This document shows, piece after piece, positions 9,877 through 18,431 of a stretch of 64,000 nt of DNA. Each line of letters starts with the position of its first letter. Position 1 is the stretch's first letter. The position numbers and the translations under genes were made by a program. Where the stretch lies: positions 800,001 to 864,000 of the forward strand of contig CAVSZB010000007.1 of the NCBI GenBank assembly GCA_963732385.1, read 5' to 3'. The stretch is from an uncultured bacterium. GTDB lineage: Bacteria > Krumholzibacteriota > Krumholzibacteriia > LZORAL124-64-63. Under the pieces are notes generated by a model. It searched no databases, was not told the origin of the DNA, and was given only the letters and a program-made list of their open reading frames with translations.

Positions 9877-10967
9877 GCTCCGGCATCGGGAGTCAGCACC
9901 CCGAGCGTTTCGCCGTATGGGGGGCGCAGAACCCCCTTTTCGGTGAAAAATGCCGTGACCAACCGGGCCGGCGTCACATCGAAGGCGGGGTTCCAGGCGG
10001 CCACGCCCGCCGGAGCGAGCTTCACCCCCCCCAGGGACAGCACTTCGTCCGCGGCGCGCTCCTCCACGATGATCGCCGCGCCGTCGGTCGCCGTCGGATC
10101 GAAAGTGGACGCCGGAGCGGCGACGTAGAACGGCACCCCATGCTCGCGCGCCAGCACCGCCAGGGGATAGGTCCCGACCTTGTTCGCGGTATCGCCGTTA
10201 CGGGCGACGCGATCCGCCCCCACGATCACCACGTCAATCTGACCGGAGCGCAGCAGGCCACCGGCCGCGCCGTCGCAAAGCAGGGTCACGGCGATCCCCC
10301 GCGCCGCCAGTTCCCAGGCGGTCAGGCGGGTCCCCTGCAGCAGCGGCCGGGTCTCGTCCGCGAAGACCCGCACCTGCCGGCCGGCCGCCTGCGCCGCATA
10401 GACCACCCCGAGCGCGGTGCCGTAGCCCCCCGTGGCGAGGCCGCCCGCGTTGCAATGCGTCAGGATCGTGCACGGGTCGGGCAACAACGCCGCTCCCGCC
10501 TCGCCGAGCGCCCGACCGCAGGCCACATCATCGGCCAGGATGGCGTCGGCCTGCGCCAGCAACGCCGCCCGCACCGCCCCGCCGTCCGCACCCGCCGCCA
10601 CCGCGCTCTCGGCCAGATGTGTCTGACGCGCCAGCGCCCAGAAGAGATTCACGGCCGTCGGGCGCGTGGCGGCCAGCGCCGCCCTCGCCTCGCCCAGCCG
10701 AGCGAGCGCCGCCGCGGGGCTGTCGCCCGCCGCGACCGCCCGGCTCCAGGCCAGCGCCAGACCATAGGCCGCCGCGATGCCGATCGCCGGCGCCCCACGC
10801 ACCGCCAGTTCGCGGATCGCCGCGCACAGCTCCGGCACCTCGCGACAGGTCCGCCACACCAGCGCCCCCGGCAGCCGCGTCTGGTCGATCAGCACCACCG
10901 CGTCGTCCCGCCAGGTCACGGTCGGAAATGGAAAGGGCAGTTCGCCGAATCGCGCCGTATCGCTCAT
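9873..10967 (-). CDS. mtnA: S-methyl-5-thioribose-1-phosphate isomerase
   Basis: VRGAPAIG, TRPTAVNL, THCNAGGLAT, DETRPLLQG, GDTANKVGTY, NPAFDVTP; ATG overlaps upstream stop. Confidence 0.95.
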   Translation of the reverse strand: MSDTARFGELPFPFPTVTWRDDAVVLIDQTRLPGALVWRTCREVPELCAAIRELAVRGAPAIGIAAAYGLALAWSRAVAAGDSPAAALARLGEARAALAATRPTAVNLFWALARQTHLAESAVAAGADGGAVRAALLAQADAILADDVACGRALGEAGAALLPDPCTILTHCNAGGLATGGYGTALGVVYAAQAAGRQVRVFADETRPLLQGTRLTAWELAARGIAVTLLCDGAAGGLLRSGQIDVVIVGADRVARNGDTANKVGTYPLAVLAREHGVPFYVAAPASTFDPTATDGAAIIVEERAADEVLSLGGVKLAPAGVAAWNPAFDVTPARLVTAFFTEKGVLRPPYGETLGVLTPDAGA

Positions 10968-12079
10968 GACGTCCCTCCCGCGCCCCCGTGTCCGCCGTCG
11001 CCCAGGACCTCGCGCAGGGCCCGACCGAGCAGGTTGAGCGGCAGCCCCATCACGTTGAAGTAGCACCCCTCCACCCGTCTCACCATCAGAGCGCCATAGC
11101 CCTGGATACCGTAGGCGCCCGCCTTGTCGAGCGGCTCGCCGGTTGCCACGTAGCGACGGATGATCTCGGCGTCGAGCGGCACGAACTCCACGCGCGTGCT
11201 CGCGTGCCCGGTCCACGGGCCGGACGCCCCGCCGACGATCGCCAGGCCGGTCACGACGACATGGACGCGGCCGGCCAGCCGGGCAAGCATGCGGCTCGCC
11301 TCTTCGGCATCGGCCGGCTTCTCAAGCAGATCGCCTTCGTGCACGACCACGGTGTCGGCGCCCAGCACGAGACGCCCCGGCTGACCCGCCGCTACGGCAC
11401 CCGCCTTGGCCACGGCCATCGCCACAGCGTAGCTCGCCGGCTCGTCCCGCAGGGCGGCGGCGGCGGCGGCATGGGCGTGCTCGGCCTCCGGGGCCGGTGC
11501 GATCTCGAACGGGATGCCGGCGACACGCAGCAATTCCGCGCGGCGCGGCGAACCCGAAGCGAGTACGAGCGGGGGGCCGGGCGGCCAGGGCACGAACGGA
11601 GAAACCGTCACGGGATCGGCCTGCGCCGCCGCCGCGTCTCGCTCGACGACCAGCGTCACCGGACCGGCGTTGACCAGTTCGACCTCCATCTTCGCGCCGA
11701 ACACCCCCTCCGCCACCGCGATCCCCTCCGCACGCAGAAGAGAGGCGAACCGCTCGTACAGCCCGCGCGCCTGGTCCGGCGCGGCGGCGCGGGTGAAACT
11801 CGGGCGCTGACCCCGGCGGCAATCGCCGTAGAGCGTGAACTGCGACACTAAGAGCACGCCGCCGCCGAGGTCGCGCAGAGAGCGGTTGAGCCGCCCCGCC
11901 TCGTCGCCGAAGACGCGCAGCGACGGAAGTTTCGCCGCCATCCAGCGCAGCGTCGCCTCGTCGTCGTCCGCCGCGAACGCCGCCAGCACCAGCAGGCCGT
12001 CTGCCACCTGGCCGGTCGCAGCGCCCGCCACACGCACCTCGGCGCGGGAAACCCGCTGGATCACGCAGCGCAATCCCAT
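10964..12079 (-). CDS. Fusion: D-aminoacyl-tRNA deacylase (Dtd) + Maf/YhdE nucleoside triphosphate pyrophosphatase
   Basis: N-half VIQRV, SQFTLYGD, NAGPVT (Dtd); C-half LASGSPRR, GADTVV, DKAGAYGIQ, NVMGLP (Maf); one uninterrupted frame. Confidence 0.9.
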   Translation of the reverse strand: MGLRCVIQRVSRAEVRVAGAATGQVADGLLVLAAFAADDDEATLRWMAAKLPSLRVFGDEAGRLNRSLRDLGGGVLLVSQFTLYGDCRRGQRPSFTRAAAPDQARGLYERFASLLRAEGIAVAEGVFGAKMEVELVNAGPVTLVVERDAAAAQADPVTVSPFVPWPPGPPLVLASGSPRRAELLRVAGIPFEIAPAPEAEHAHAAAAAALRDEPASYAVAMAVAKAGAVAAGQPGRLVLGADTVVVHEGDLLEKPADAEEASRMLARLAGRVHVVVTGLAIVGGASGPWTGHASTRVEFVPLDAEIIRRYVATGEPLDKAGAYGIQGYGALMVRRVEGCYFNVMGLPLNLLGRALREVLGDGGHGGAGGTS

Positions 12080-12087
12080 CCTCCCGG

Positions 12088-14268
12088 TCAGCGGAGCTGG
12101 AAACGCTCGACCCTCTGCACGCTCGGCACCCGCCGGACCGCGGTCAGCACCTTCTCGAGCGCGCTGAGGCTGAGCACCTCGATCAGGAAGGTCATCGTGG
12201 CGAGATCGTCCTCGGCCGAGAAATCCCCGCTCTGGATGTTCGTGCCGCTCTCGGCGATGACCCGGCTCAGATCGGCCAGCAGGTTCTTCCGGTCGCCCGC
12301 GGTGACGATCAGCTTGACGTGGAAGACCTGGTCGGGCGCCGCGTCCCAGGTGACGTCCAGCTTCCGGTCCTCCTCGATCGCCGCGAGGTTGGAGCAGGCC
12401 ACGCGATGGACAGACACGCCGCGTCCCCGCGTGATCACCCCCACGACCTCGTCGCCCGGAATCGGCTGGCAGCAGCGGGCGTAGCGCACCATGAGATTGT
12501 CCACGCCCTGGATCCGCACGCCACCGACGCGCTTGCGCATCAGCGCGGCGTAGATGTCCCTGCCCAGGTCGACCACGCGCCCGGTCGGCGTCGGCGCCGG
12601 CGGCTCCAGACGCGCGATCACCCGCTGCCAGGGCAGGTCGCCCGCTCCCACGGCCGCGAGCAGCTTCTCCCCTTCGCTGTAACCCATCTGCTGCGCGAGG
12701 CTGTCGAGATCGCTGTCCAGCCGCAGGGTCACCCGCTTCCGCTTCGCCTCGCGCTCCAGGATTTCGCGTCCGAGCTTCAGGCTTTCATGGAACTGCGTGG
12801 TGCGCAGCCAACGCCGCAGATGGTGCTTCGCGCGCCCGGTCCGAACCTGGTTCAGCCAGGAGCGCGTGGCCCGCGTCTGCGTCCCGGTAACGATTTCCAC
12901 CTTGTCGCCGTTCTCGAGGACGTGGATCAGGCTGACGATGCGGCCGTTCACCTTCGCCCGCACGCAGCGCAGGCCGACCTCGGAGTGCACATGGAACGCG
13001 AAGTCGAGCACCGTGGCGCCACGCGGCAACTGGAACAGATCCCCCTTGGGCGAGAAGACGAAAACCTCGTCCTGGAAAAGATCGATGCGCAGGCTCTCCA
13101 TGAACTCGCGCGGATCGGTCACGTCCTGCTGCCACTCCATGATCTGGCGCAGCCACATCACCAGCTGCGAAAAATCGGTCGCGTCGCGGGTTCCCTCCTT
13201 GTAGCGCCAGTGGGCCGCGATGCCGATCTCGCTCCGCTCATGCATGTCCTGCGTCCGGATCTGGATCTCGAGATACTTGCCGCCCGGGGCCCGCACCGTC
13301 GTGTGCAGCGACTGGTACATGTTGGGCTTGGGCATCGCGATGAAATCCTTGATCCGGTCGTGCATCGGCGTGTACAGGCTGTGGATGATGCCGAGCGCGT
13401 GATAACAGTCGGCCTTGGTCAGGACCAGGATCCGCAGTGCCAGCAGGTCGTAAATGCGATCGAGCCCGACCTTCTGGACCAGCATCTTGCGGTGGATGGA
13501 AAAGAAGTGCTTCGGCCGACCGGTAACCTGGGCTTCGATGCCCGCCTTGCGCAGCGCCTCCTCCAGCGGCCCCCGCACCTCCTCGAGGTGACGCTCCCGC
13601 TCCGCGCGGGACTGGTTGATGCCGCTCTCGATCGCGAAATAGCGCTCGGGGTGCAGCACCTTGAAGGCCCGGTCCTCGAGCTCCCACTTGATGCGGGCGA
13701 TGCCGAACCGGTGCGCGAGCGGCGCATAGACATCCATGGTCTCCTGCGCCATCTCGAGCTGCCGGGAACGTTCCAGATACTGGATCGTGCGCATGTTGTG
13801 CAGGCGGTCGGCCAGCTTGATCAGCACGACGCGCGGATCGCGGGCGATCGAAAGCACCAGTTTGCGGTAGTTCTCGGCCTTGCGGGCGTCGGGGTTGTCC
13901 GTCCGGATGCCGCCGATCTTGGTCACGCCATCCACCAGAGCCGACACGTCCGGGCCGAACTCGGCCATGATCCGATCGAGACCGACCGTGGTGTCCTCGA
14001 CGACATCGTGCAGCAGTCCGGCCATGACAGTGTCGGAATCGAGGCGCAGATCGGCCAGGATGTCGGCGACCGTCAGGCCGTGGACCAGGAACGGTTCCCC
14101 GCTCTGCCGGACCTGGCCGGAATGCGCCTGCTCCGCCAGCCGGAAGGCGCGCCAGAGGTGGTCCGCATCGGCCTGCGGATGCGCCGCCGCCACCTTGCGC
14201 ACGACGCCGGTCATCAGGGCGGCCAGATCGGGCGACCCGACCCGCTGTTGGGAGAGATGATCGCTCAT
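12088..14268 (-). CDS. rel: Bifunctional (p)ppGpp synthetase/hydrolase (long RSH)
   Basis: LLHDVVED, IKLADRLHNMRT, RIKD, YQSLHT, EIQIRT, TGS region, CCQP, C-terminal ACT. Confidence 0.96.
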   Translation of the reverse strand: MSDHLSQQRVGSPDLAALMTGVVRKVAAAHPQADADHLWRAFRLAEQAHSGQVRQSGEPFLVHGLTVADILADLRLDSDTVMAGLLHDVVEDTTVGLDRIMAEFGPDVSALVDGVTKIGGIRTDNPDARKAENYRKLVLSIARDPRVVLIKLADRLHNMRTIQYLERSRQLEMAQETMDVYAPLAHRFGIARIKWELEDRAFKVLHPERYFAIESGINQSRAERERHLEEVRGPLEEALRKAGIEAQVTGRPKHFFSIHRKMLVQKVGLDRIYDLLALRILVLTKADCYHALGIIHSLYTPMHDRIKDFIAMPKPNMYQSLHTTVRAPGGKYLEIQIRTQDMHERSEIGIAAHWRYKEGTRDATDFSQLVMWLRQIMEWQQDVTDPREFMESLRIDLFQDEVFVFSPKGDLFQLPRGATVLDFAFHVHSEVGLRCVRAKVNGRIVSLIHVLENGDKVEIVTGTQTRATRSWLNQVRTGRAKHHLRRWLRTTQFHESLKLGREILEREAKRKRVTLRLDSDLDSLAQQMGYSEGEKLLAAVGAGDLPWQRVIARLEPPAPTPTGRVVDLGRDIYAALMRKRVGGVRIQGVDNLMVRYARCCQPIPGDEVVGVITRGRGVSVHRVACSNLAAIEEDRKLDVTWDAAPDQVFHVKLIVTAGDRKNLLADLSRVIAESGTNIQSGDFSAEDDLATMTFLIEVLSLSALEKVLTAVRRVPSVQRVERFQLR

Positions 14269-16166
14269 GGCGCCGCCGCGGGACGCAGGTCGACCAGGTG
14301 CTGCTGGACCGGATCGGCGGCGGCGCCGCTGCGCGGCCGCCAGGTGCTGCGGCTGAGCCGGAACAGGAGGTCCCAGCGTGGATCCGCCTGGCCCGCGGCG
14401 AAGGCGGCCGCCTCGCGCCAGGCGCGCCCGCTGCCGAAGGCGACGAAGTCCCGCGCCAGCGCCGAACCGCCTCCCGCTGCCGGGGCATCCGGGCCGCGGA
14501 ACGAGAACCGCAAATGCTCCCCGCTGTTGCCCAATGGCTGCGGCTCGCGCGCGAAGCGCAGGCCGTCACAGCGGAACACCGGTTCGCGGTGCCCCTGTCC
14601 GAACGGCTCGAGCAGTTCCAGCTCGCTCACCAGGGCCGCCACTTCCCCCGCCGTCATCTCCAGCAACGGCAACTCGAGGTCGTACGGCTCGACCGGCACG
14701 CAACTCGGCGCCTCGGCCAGGGCGGCGAGGAACAGGGCGCGGAAGCGGTCCACATCCTCGCTCAACAGGGTCATCCCGGCCGCCTGGGCGTGCCCGCCCC
14801 AGCGCACCAAAAGCGACGCGCAGCGGTCGAGCACCCCCTTGATGTCCACGCCGGGCACGCTGCGCGCCGAGCCGCGCGCTTCGTCCCCCTCCACCGCGAT
14901 CAACACCGCCGGCCGTCCGAACTGCTCCACCAGACGCGAAGCGCTGATGCCGATGACCCCCTTGTGCCAGCCCGGCGCCGCCAGCACCAGGCCGGGATCG
15001 CCGCGAGTCACGAACGGTTCGGCCTGCGCCACCGCCTCTTCTTTTACCCGCTGATCCATCACCCGCCGGACCCGGTTGTCCTTCTCGGCCTGCTGCGCCA
15101 GCGCGGCGGCCTCGACGACATCGTCGGTGAGCAGCAGCCGCAGCGCGGTTTCGGGATCGCCCACGCGACCACAGGCGTTCAGCCGAGGCGCCACCTGGTA
15201 AGCCAGATTCGCGGCGGTGACCGGGAAACTGCGGTCGAGTCCCGCCACCCCCAGCAGCGCCTCCACGCCGGGCCGGCGGGTCGCTCCCGCGCCGAGCCGC
15301 AGCAGACCGCGGTGTACGAGCGTGCGATTCTCGCCGGTCAGCGGCATCTGATCCGCCACCAGTCCGAGCGCGACCAGATCGAGCACCTCCTCGGCGAAAG
15401 TGGCCGGCAGGCAGGACGGATCGTGCCGGACCAGCGCCTCGGCAAGCTTGAAAGCCACCGCCACGCCACACAGGTCGGGATTCGGGTAGTCCGAGCCGGG
15501 ACGCCGCGGGTTGACCACCGCCACCGCCTCGGGCCGCGTGCGGTAGAGGTGGTGGTCGAGCACCACCGTTTCCATGCCTAGTTGCCGGGCCAGTGCAATC
15601 TCCGCCCGCGCGGCCGAGCCGGTGTCGACCGTGATGAGCAGATGTGTCCCCGCCTCGCCCCAGGCGCGGATCTGCGCGGCGCTCACGCCATAGCCGTCGC
15701 GCCCGCGATGCGGCACGAACGGCGGCAGCGCCTCCACGCGGCGACCGTCGACGGTCAGCGCCCGCAGCAGCAGCCAGACGAGCGCGCAGCCGGTGATGCC
15801 GTCCACGTCGAAATCGCCGTGCACCGCGACCCGCTCGCCGCGCGCGGCGGCCGCGCGCAGCCGGGTCACCGCAGTGTCCATCTCCGCGAGCCGGAACGGG
15901 TCGTGCAGATGCGAAAGGGAAGGGAAGAAGAAACGCTCCAGAGACGGCGCATCAGCCAGGCCACGACTGGCCAGGATCGCCAGCAGGCGGTCCGACACCG
16001 GCACTTCCAGCGGCAGTTCACGCCGCAGCCAGTCCACCGTCGCCTCCGGCGCCGCGACCGATCGCTGCCAGTACCGTCCGGTCAGCAATCCGATCGGACC
16101 CGCCGCCACGGCGGGAGAGGGCGGATCCGGGAGACCGTCAGCCGTGAAATCGAATTCGAGCTGCAA
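14265..16166 (-). CDS. recJ: Single-stranded DNA exonuclease RecJ
   Basis: GDFDVDG, TVDTG, LDHH, PRLNACGR, RGSARS, GGHAQAAG, LEPFGQG; TTG start at 16166 chosen from upstream GGGAGAG. Confidence 0.92.
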   Translation of the reverse strand: MQLEFDFTADGLPDPPSPAVAAGPIGLLTGRYWQRSVAAPEATVDWLRRELPLEVPVSDRLLAILASRGLADAPSLERFFFPSLSHLHDPFRLAEMDTAVTRLRAAAARGERVAVHGDFDVDGITGCALVWLLLRALTVDGRRVEALPPFVPHRGRDGYGVSAAQIRAWGEAGTHLLITVDTGSAARAEIALARQLGMETVVLDHHLYRTRPEAVAVVNPRRPGSDYPNPDLCGVAVAFKLAEALVRHDPSCLPATFAEEVLDLVALGLVADQMPLTGENRTLVHRGLLRLGAGATRRPGVEALLGVAGLDRSFPVTAANLAYQVAPRLNACGRVGDPETALRLLLTDDVVEAAALAQQAEKDNRVRRVMDQRVKEEAVAQAEPFVTRGDPGLVLAAPGWHKGVIGISASRLVEQFGRPAVLIAVEGDEARGSARSVPGVDIKGVLDRCASLLVRWGGHAQAAGMTLLSEDVDRFRALFLAALAEAPSCVPVEPYDLELPLLEMTAGEVAALVSELELLEPFGQGHREPVFRCDGLRFAREPQPLGNSGEHLRFSFRGPDAPAAGGGSALARDFVAFGSGRAWREAAAFAAGQADPRWDLLFRLSRSTWRPRSGAAADPVQQHLVDLRPAAAP

Positions 16167-16221
16167 CGGTCTCTCCCACCGAAAAAGCAGAACCCCCCGC
16201 ACCCGCGGGCCGAGCCGGGGT

Positions 16222-16582
16222 GGGGGGAGCCGGTCGTAAGCCGAGTTCTGTTGCCGCCGATGCGGCGACGATCATGTATCTAGGACCGGCGTTGCCGACG
16301 GCCTCCAGCGACCTACCCGGGAGTCCAGCGAGACGGGCAGCCTCGTCCTCCCCTATGCGGTCTTGCTCCAGGTGGGGTTTGCCGTGCCGCCCCCGTCGCC
16401 GGGAGCGCGGTGAGCTCTTACCTCACCGTTTCACCCTTACCGGGGCCAGCCCCGGCGGTCTGTTTTCTGTGGCACTTTCCTTGGGATCGCTCCCACCGGG
16501 AGTTACCCGGCACCCTGCCCTGTGGAGCTCGGACTTTCCTCGAATCCCTTGCGGAACCCGCGATCGTCTCCCCGACTCCCCA
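16222..16582 (-). ncRNA. rnpB: RNase P RNA (type A)
   Basis: Minus strand GAGGAAAGTCCGAGCTC, GGAAAGTGCCACAGAAA, GGTGAAACGGTGAGGTAAGAGC, CAGAACTCGGCTTAC; complementary ends. Confidence 0.97.
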
Positions 16583-16587
16583 CCTGC

Positions 16588-16616
16588 ATGATAGGAACGA
16601 CCGGCGGGATTGTCAC
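16588..16616 (-). promoter_or_regulatory. Sigma70-type promoter for rnpB
   Basis: GTGACA-17 nt-TATCAT ending about 6 nt before the RNA 5' end. Confidence 0.65.
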
Positions 16617-16629
16617 CGCAAAACTGCCC

Positions 16630-17346
16630 TCAGCGTGCGGCAATCTCCGCGTCGAGCGCCTCGTTGGCCAACAGATCGGCCGCCTGGTTGCGTTCGCGCG
16701 GCACGTGACGCACCCGAAAGTTCTCCAGGCCGCGCGCCAGGAAAAGCACCTGCTGGTACAGGGGGCGCAGGTCGAGACTCTTCACGCGGTAGACGCCGGT
16801 CAGTTGACGGGCGATCAGTTCGCTGTCGAGGTACAGGTCGACCCGCCGGACATCCCAGGCAAGTACGAACTCCAGCGCGCGCAGGACCGCGCGGTATTCG
16901 GCGGCGTTATTGGTGGCGCGCCCGATCGATTCGCCATGGACGCACAGGTCAGGACCGCCCGGCAGGCGGAACAGCACGCCGATGGATGAAGGGCCGGGAT
17001 TACCGCGACACGCCCCGTCGGTCCAGATCTCGAGGGTGCCGTCGCCGTTTCCGGGCAGGGGGCTCGTGCTCAGGGTGGCGGCGCGCGGCAGGCCGGCCAG
17101 GCTCTCGCGCAAGGCGGCGCCCGCCCCGGTCTCCTCGCGCGGGGCGGCAACCACGGCAGGGACGCCGCCACCTCGCGACGCCGCCGCCTCCTGCATCAGT
17201 TCGCGCCGCCAGGTGATCAGGCGCCGGCGCAGATCCTTGACGGTGAGCCCACACTCCCGGGCCAGGGCGCGCAGATTGCCGCTCTTCTCGAGCGCGGCCA
17301 GCAACTCGGGCAGGGTCTCGGGACCGGCGGGCTCGGATTCGGACAC
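16630..17346 (-). CDS. rnhA: Ribonuclease HI with extra N-terminal helical domain
   Basis: WTDGACRGNPGP, TNNAAEY, LDSELI, NQAADLLAN; GTG start at 17346 after GAAGGGGG. Confidence 0.88.
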   Translation of the reverse strand: MSESEPAGPETLPELLAALEKSGNLRALARECGLTVKDLRRRLITWRRELMQEAAASRGGGVPAVVAAPREETGAGAALRESLAGLPRAATLSTSPLPGNGDGTLEIWTDGACRGNPGPSSIGVLFRLPGGPDLCVHGESIGRATNNAAEYRAVLRALEFVLAWDVRRVDLYLDSELIARQLTGVYRVKSLDLRPLYQQVLFLARGLENFRVRHVPRERNQAADLLANEALDAEIAAR

Positions 17347-17368
17347 ACATCCCCCTTCGGGCGGCAAT

Positions 17369-18073
17369 TCACTCGGCCGCCACCAGATAGCGGCCACAGC
17401 CCTGACAACGCAAAAGCAGCCGTCCCCGCTCCACGTCGAGCGCGCGCTGCAGCGGCGGCCGGGCGCCGCATCCCCCGCAGGCCCCCCCCTCGATCGCGAC
17501 GACCGGAGGGGGCACCGCCCCGCGGAGCTTGGCCACCGTCGCGGCCACATCCGGCGGCAACTGCGCATCGCAGGCCGCAACCTCCCCACTCAACGCCGCG
17601 ATACGTATCGCGGCCGCCGCCTCATCGCGGGTCGCGGCGGGCGCGGCGTCCGCGGCGCTCGTCTGGCGCTCCGTCGCCTCGCTCTCGCGGGTCCGGGCCT
17701 CGGCCTGCAGCAGCTCCGCCCTCTCCAGGGCCTCCAGGGCCTGCTCCGCAAGCGGACCGAGCTCGGCCTCCACGGTCGCGGTTTCGCGGGCCAGCGCCGC
17801 CCCTTCCCGCTCGTTCTGGACCTGCCGCTGTCGTTCCCGCAGCCGGGTCAGCGCCGCCTCGCGCTCGCGCAGCCGGGTTTCCAGCGCGCGCGCCTCGCGC
17901 AGCGCCGCCGCCTGCCGCTCCCGCGCGGCGACCGCCTCCGCGCCCAGTTCCGCGGCCAGCCCCACGCCGAGCGACTGGCGGCGCACGGCGGCGTTCGCCT
18001 GTCCACGGGCGCGTTCCAGCCGTGCTTCGGCGCGCGCCAGGTTGGTCAGCCAGAAAATCACGCCTTCGGCCAC
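17369..18073 (-). CDS. Coiled-coil / C4-type zinc-ribbon protein (DUF164, CT398/HP0958-like)
   Basis: Long coiled coil then CGGC...CQGCGRYL; GTG start after AGGAGG. Confidence 0.85.
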   Translation of the reverse strand: MAEGVIFWLTNLARAEARLERARGQANAAVRRQSLGVGLAAELGAEAVAARERQAAALREARALETRLREREAALTRLRERQRQVQNEREGAALARETATVEAELGPLAEQALEALERAELLQAEARTRESEATERQTSAADAAPAATRDEAAAAIRIAALSGEVAACDAQLPPDVAATVAKLRGAVPPPVVAIEGGACGGCGARPPLQRALDVERGRLLLRCQGCGRYLVAAE

Positions 18074-18113
18074 GTCCGGCCCTCCTGACGACCCGCGAGT
18101 CTGTTCCGCCAAC

Positions 18114-18141
18114 GACAAAGGGTGCCGCAGCACCCTTAGTC
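18114..18141 (-). terminator. Putative terminator hairpin after the tRNA pair
   Basis: GACTAAGGGTGC-TGCG-GCACCCTTTGTC. Confidence 0.5.
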
Positions 18142-18212
18142 TCCGCGACCACGCGGCCCTGGTCCGTGTCGCGCGCCCCCTGGGACCACGCGCGCCGCGA
18201 ACGCTGGTGATG

Positions 18213-18289
18213 TGGTGGGCGATACTGGACTCGAACCAGTGACCTCTCGCGTGTGAGGCGAGCGCTCTAGCCAGCTGAGCTAATCGCCC
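18213..18289 (-). tRNA. tRNA-Val (CAC)
   Basis: GGGCGATTAGCTCAGCTGG...CTCGC-CTCACAC-GCGAG...GTTCGAGTCC...ATCGCCCACCA. Confidence 0.96.
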
Positions 18290-18300
18290 TGCTTCGCATC

Positions 18301-18376
18301 TGGTGGGCCCATCAGGATTTGAACCTGAGACCAACCGGTTATGAGCCGGCCGCTCTCACCGCTGAGCTATGGGCCC
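18301..18376 (-). tRNA. tRNA with CAT anticodon, probably tRNA-Ile2 (lysidine)
   Basis: GGGCCCATAGCTCAG...GCCGG-CTCATAA-CCGGT...TGGGCCCACCA; paired first base and no triple G-C anticodon stem argue against initiator; resembles Ile2 tRNAs. Confidence 0.85.
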
Positions 18377-18393
18377 GCGCCGGCGGCGTGAGC

Positions 18394-18422
18394 ACGATAA
18401 TCGCTGCCTGCGTCGGGGTCAA
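18394..18422 (-). promoter_or_regulatory. Sigma70-type promoter for the tRNA pair
   Basis: TTGACC-17 nt-TATCGT. Confidence 0.65.
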
Positions 18423-18431
18423 CCCCGCGCT

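Noticed and set aside
12319..15054. 911-aa plus-strand ORF; likewise 18369-20276, 22081-24714, 33326-35410 and 48570-50663
   Set aside because: All mirror well-supported minus-strand genes and lack recognisable domains
16220..16591. 123-aa ORF over the recJ-rnhA gap
   Set aside because: The region is the RNase P RNA gene on the opposite strand
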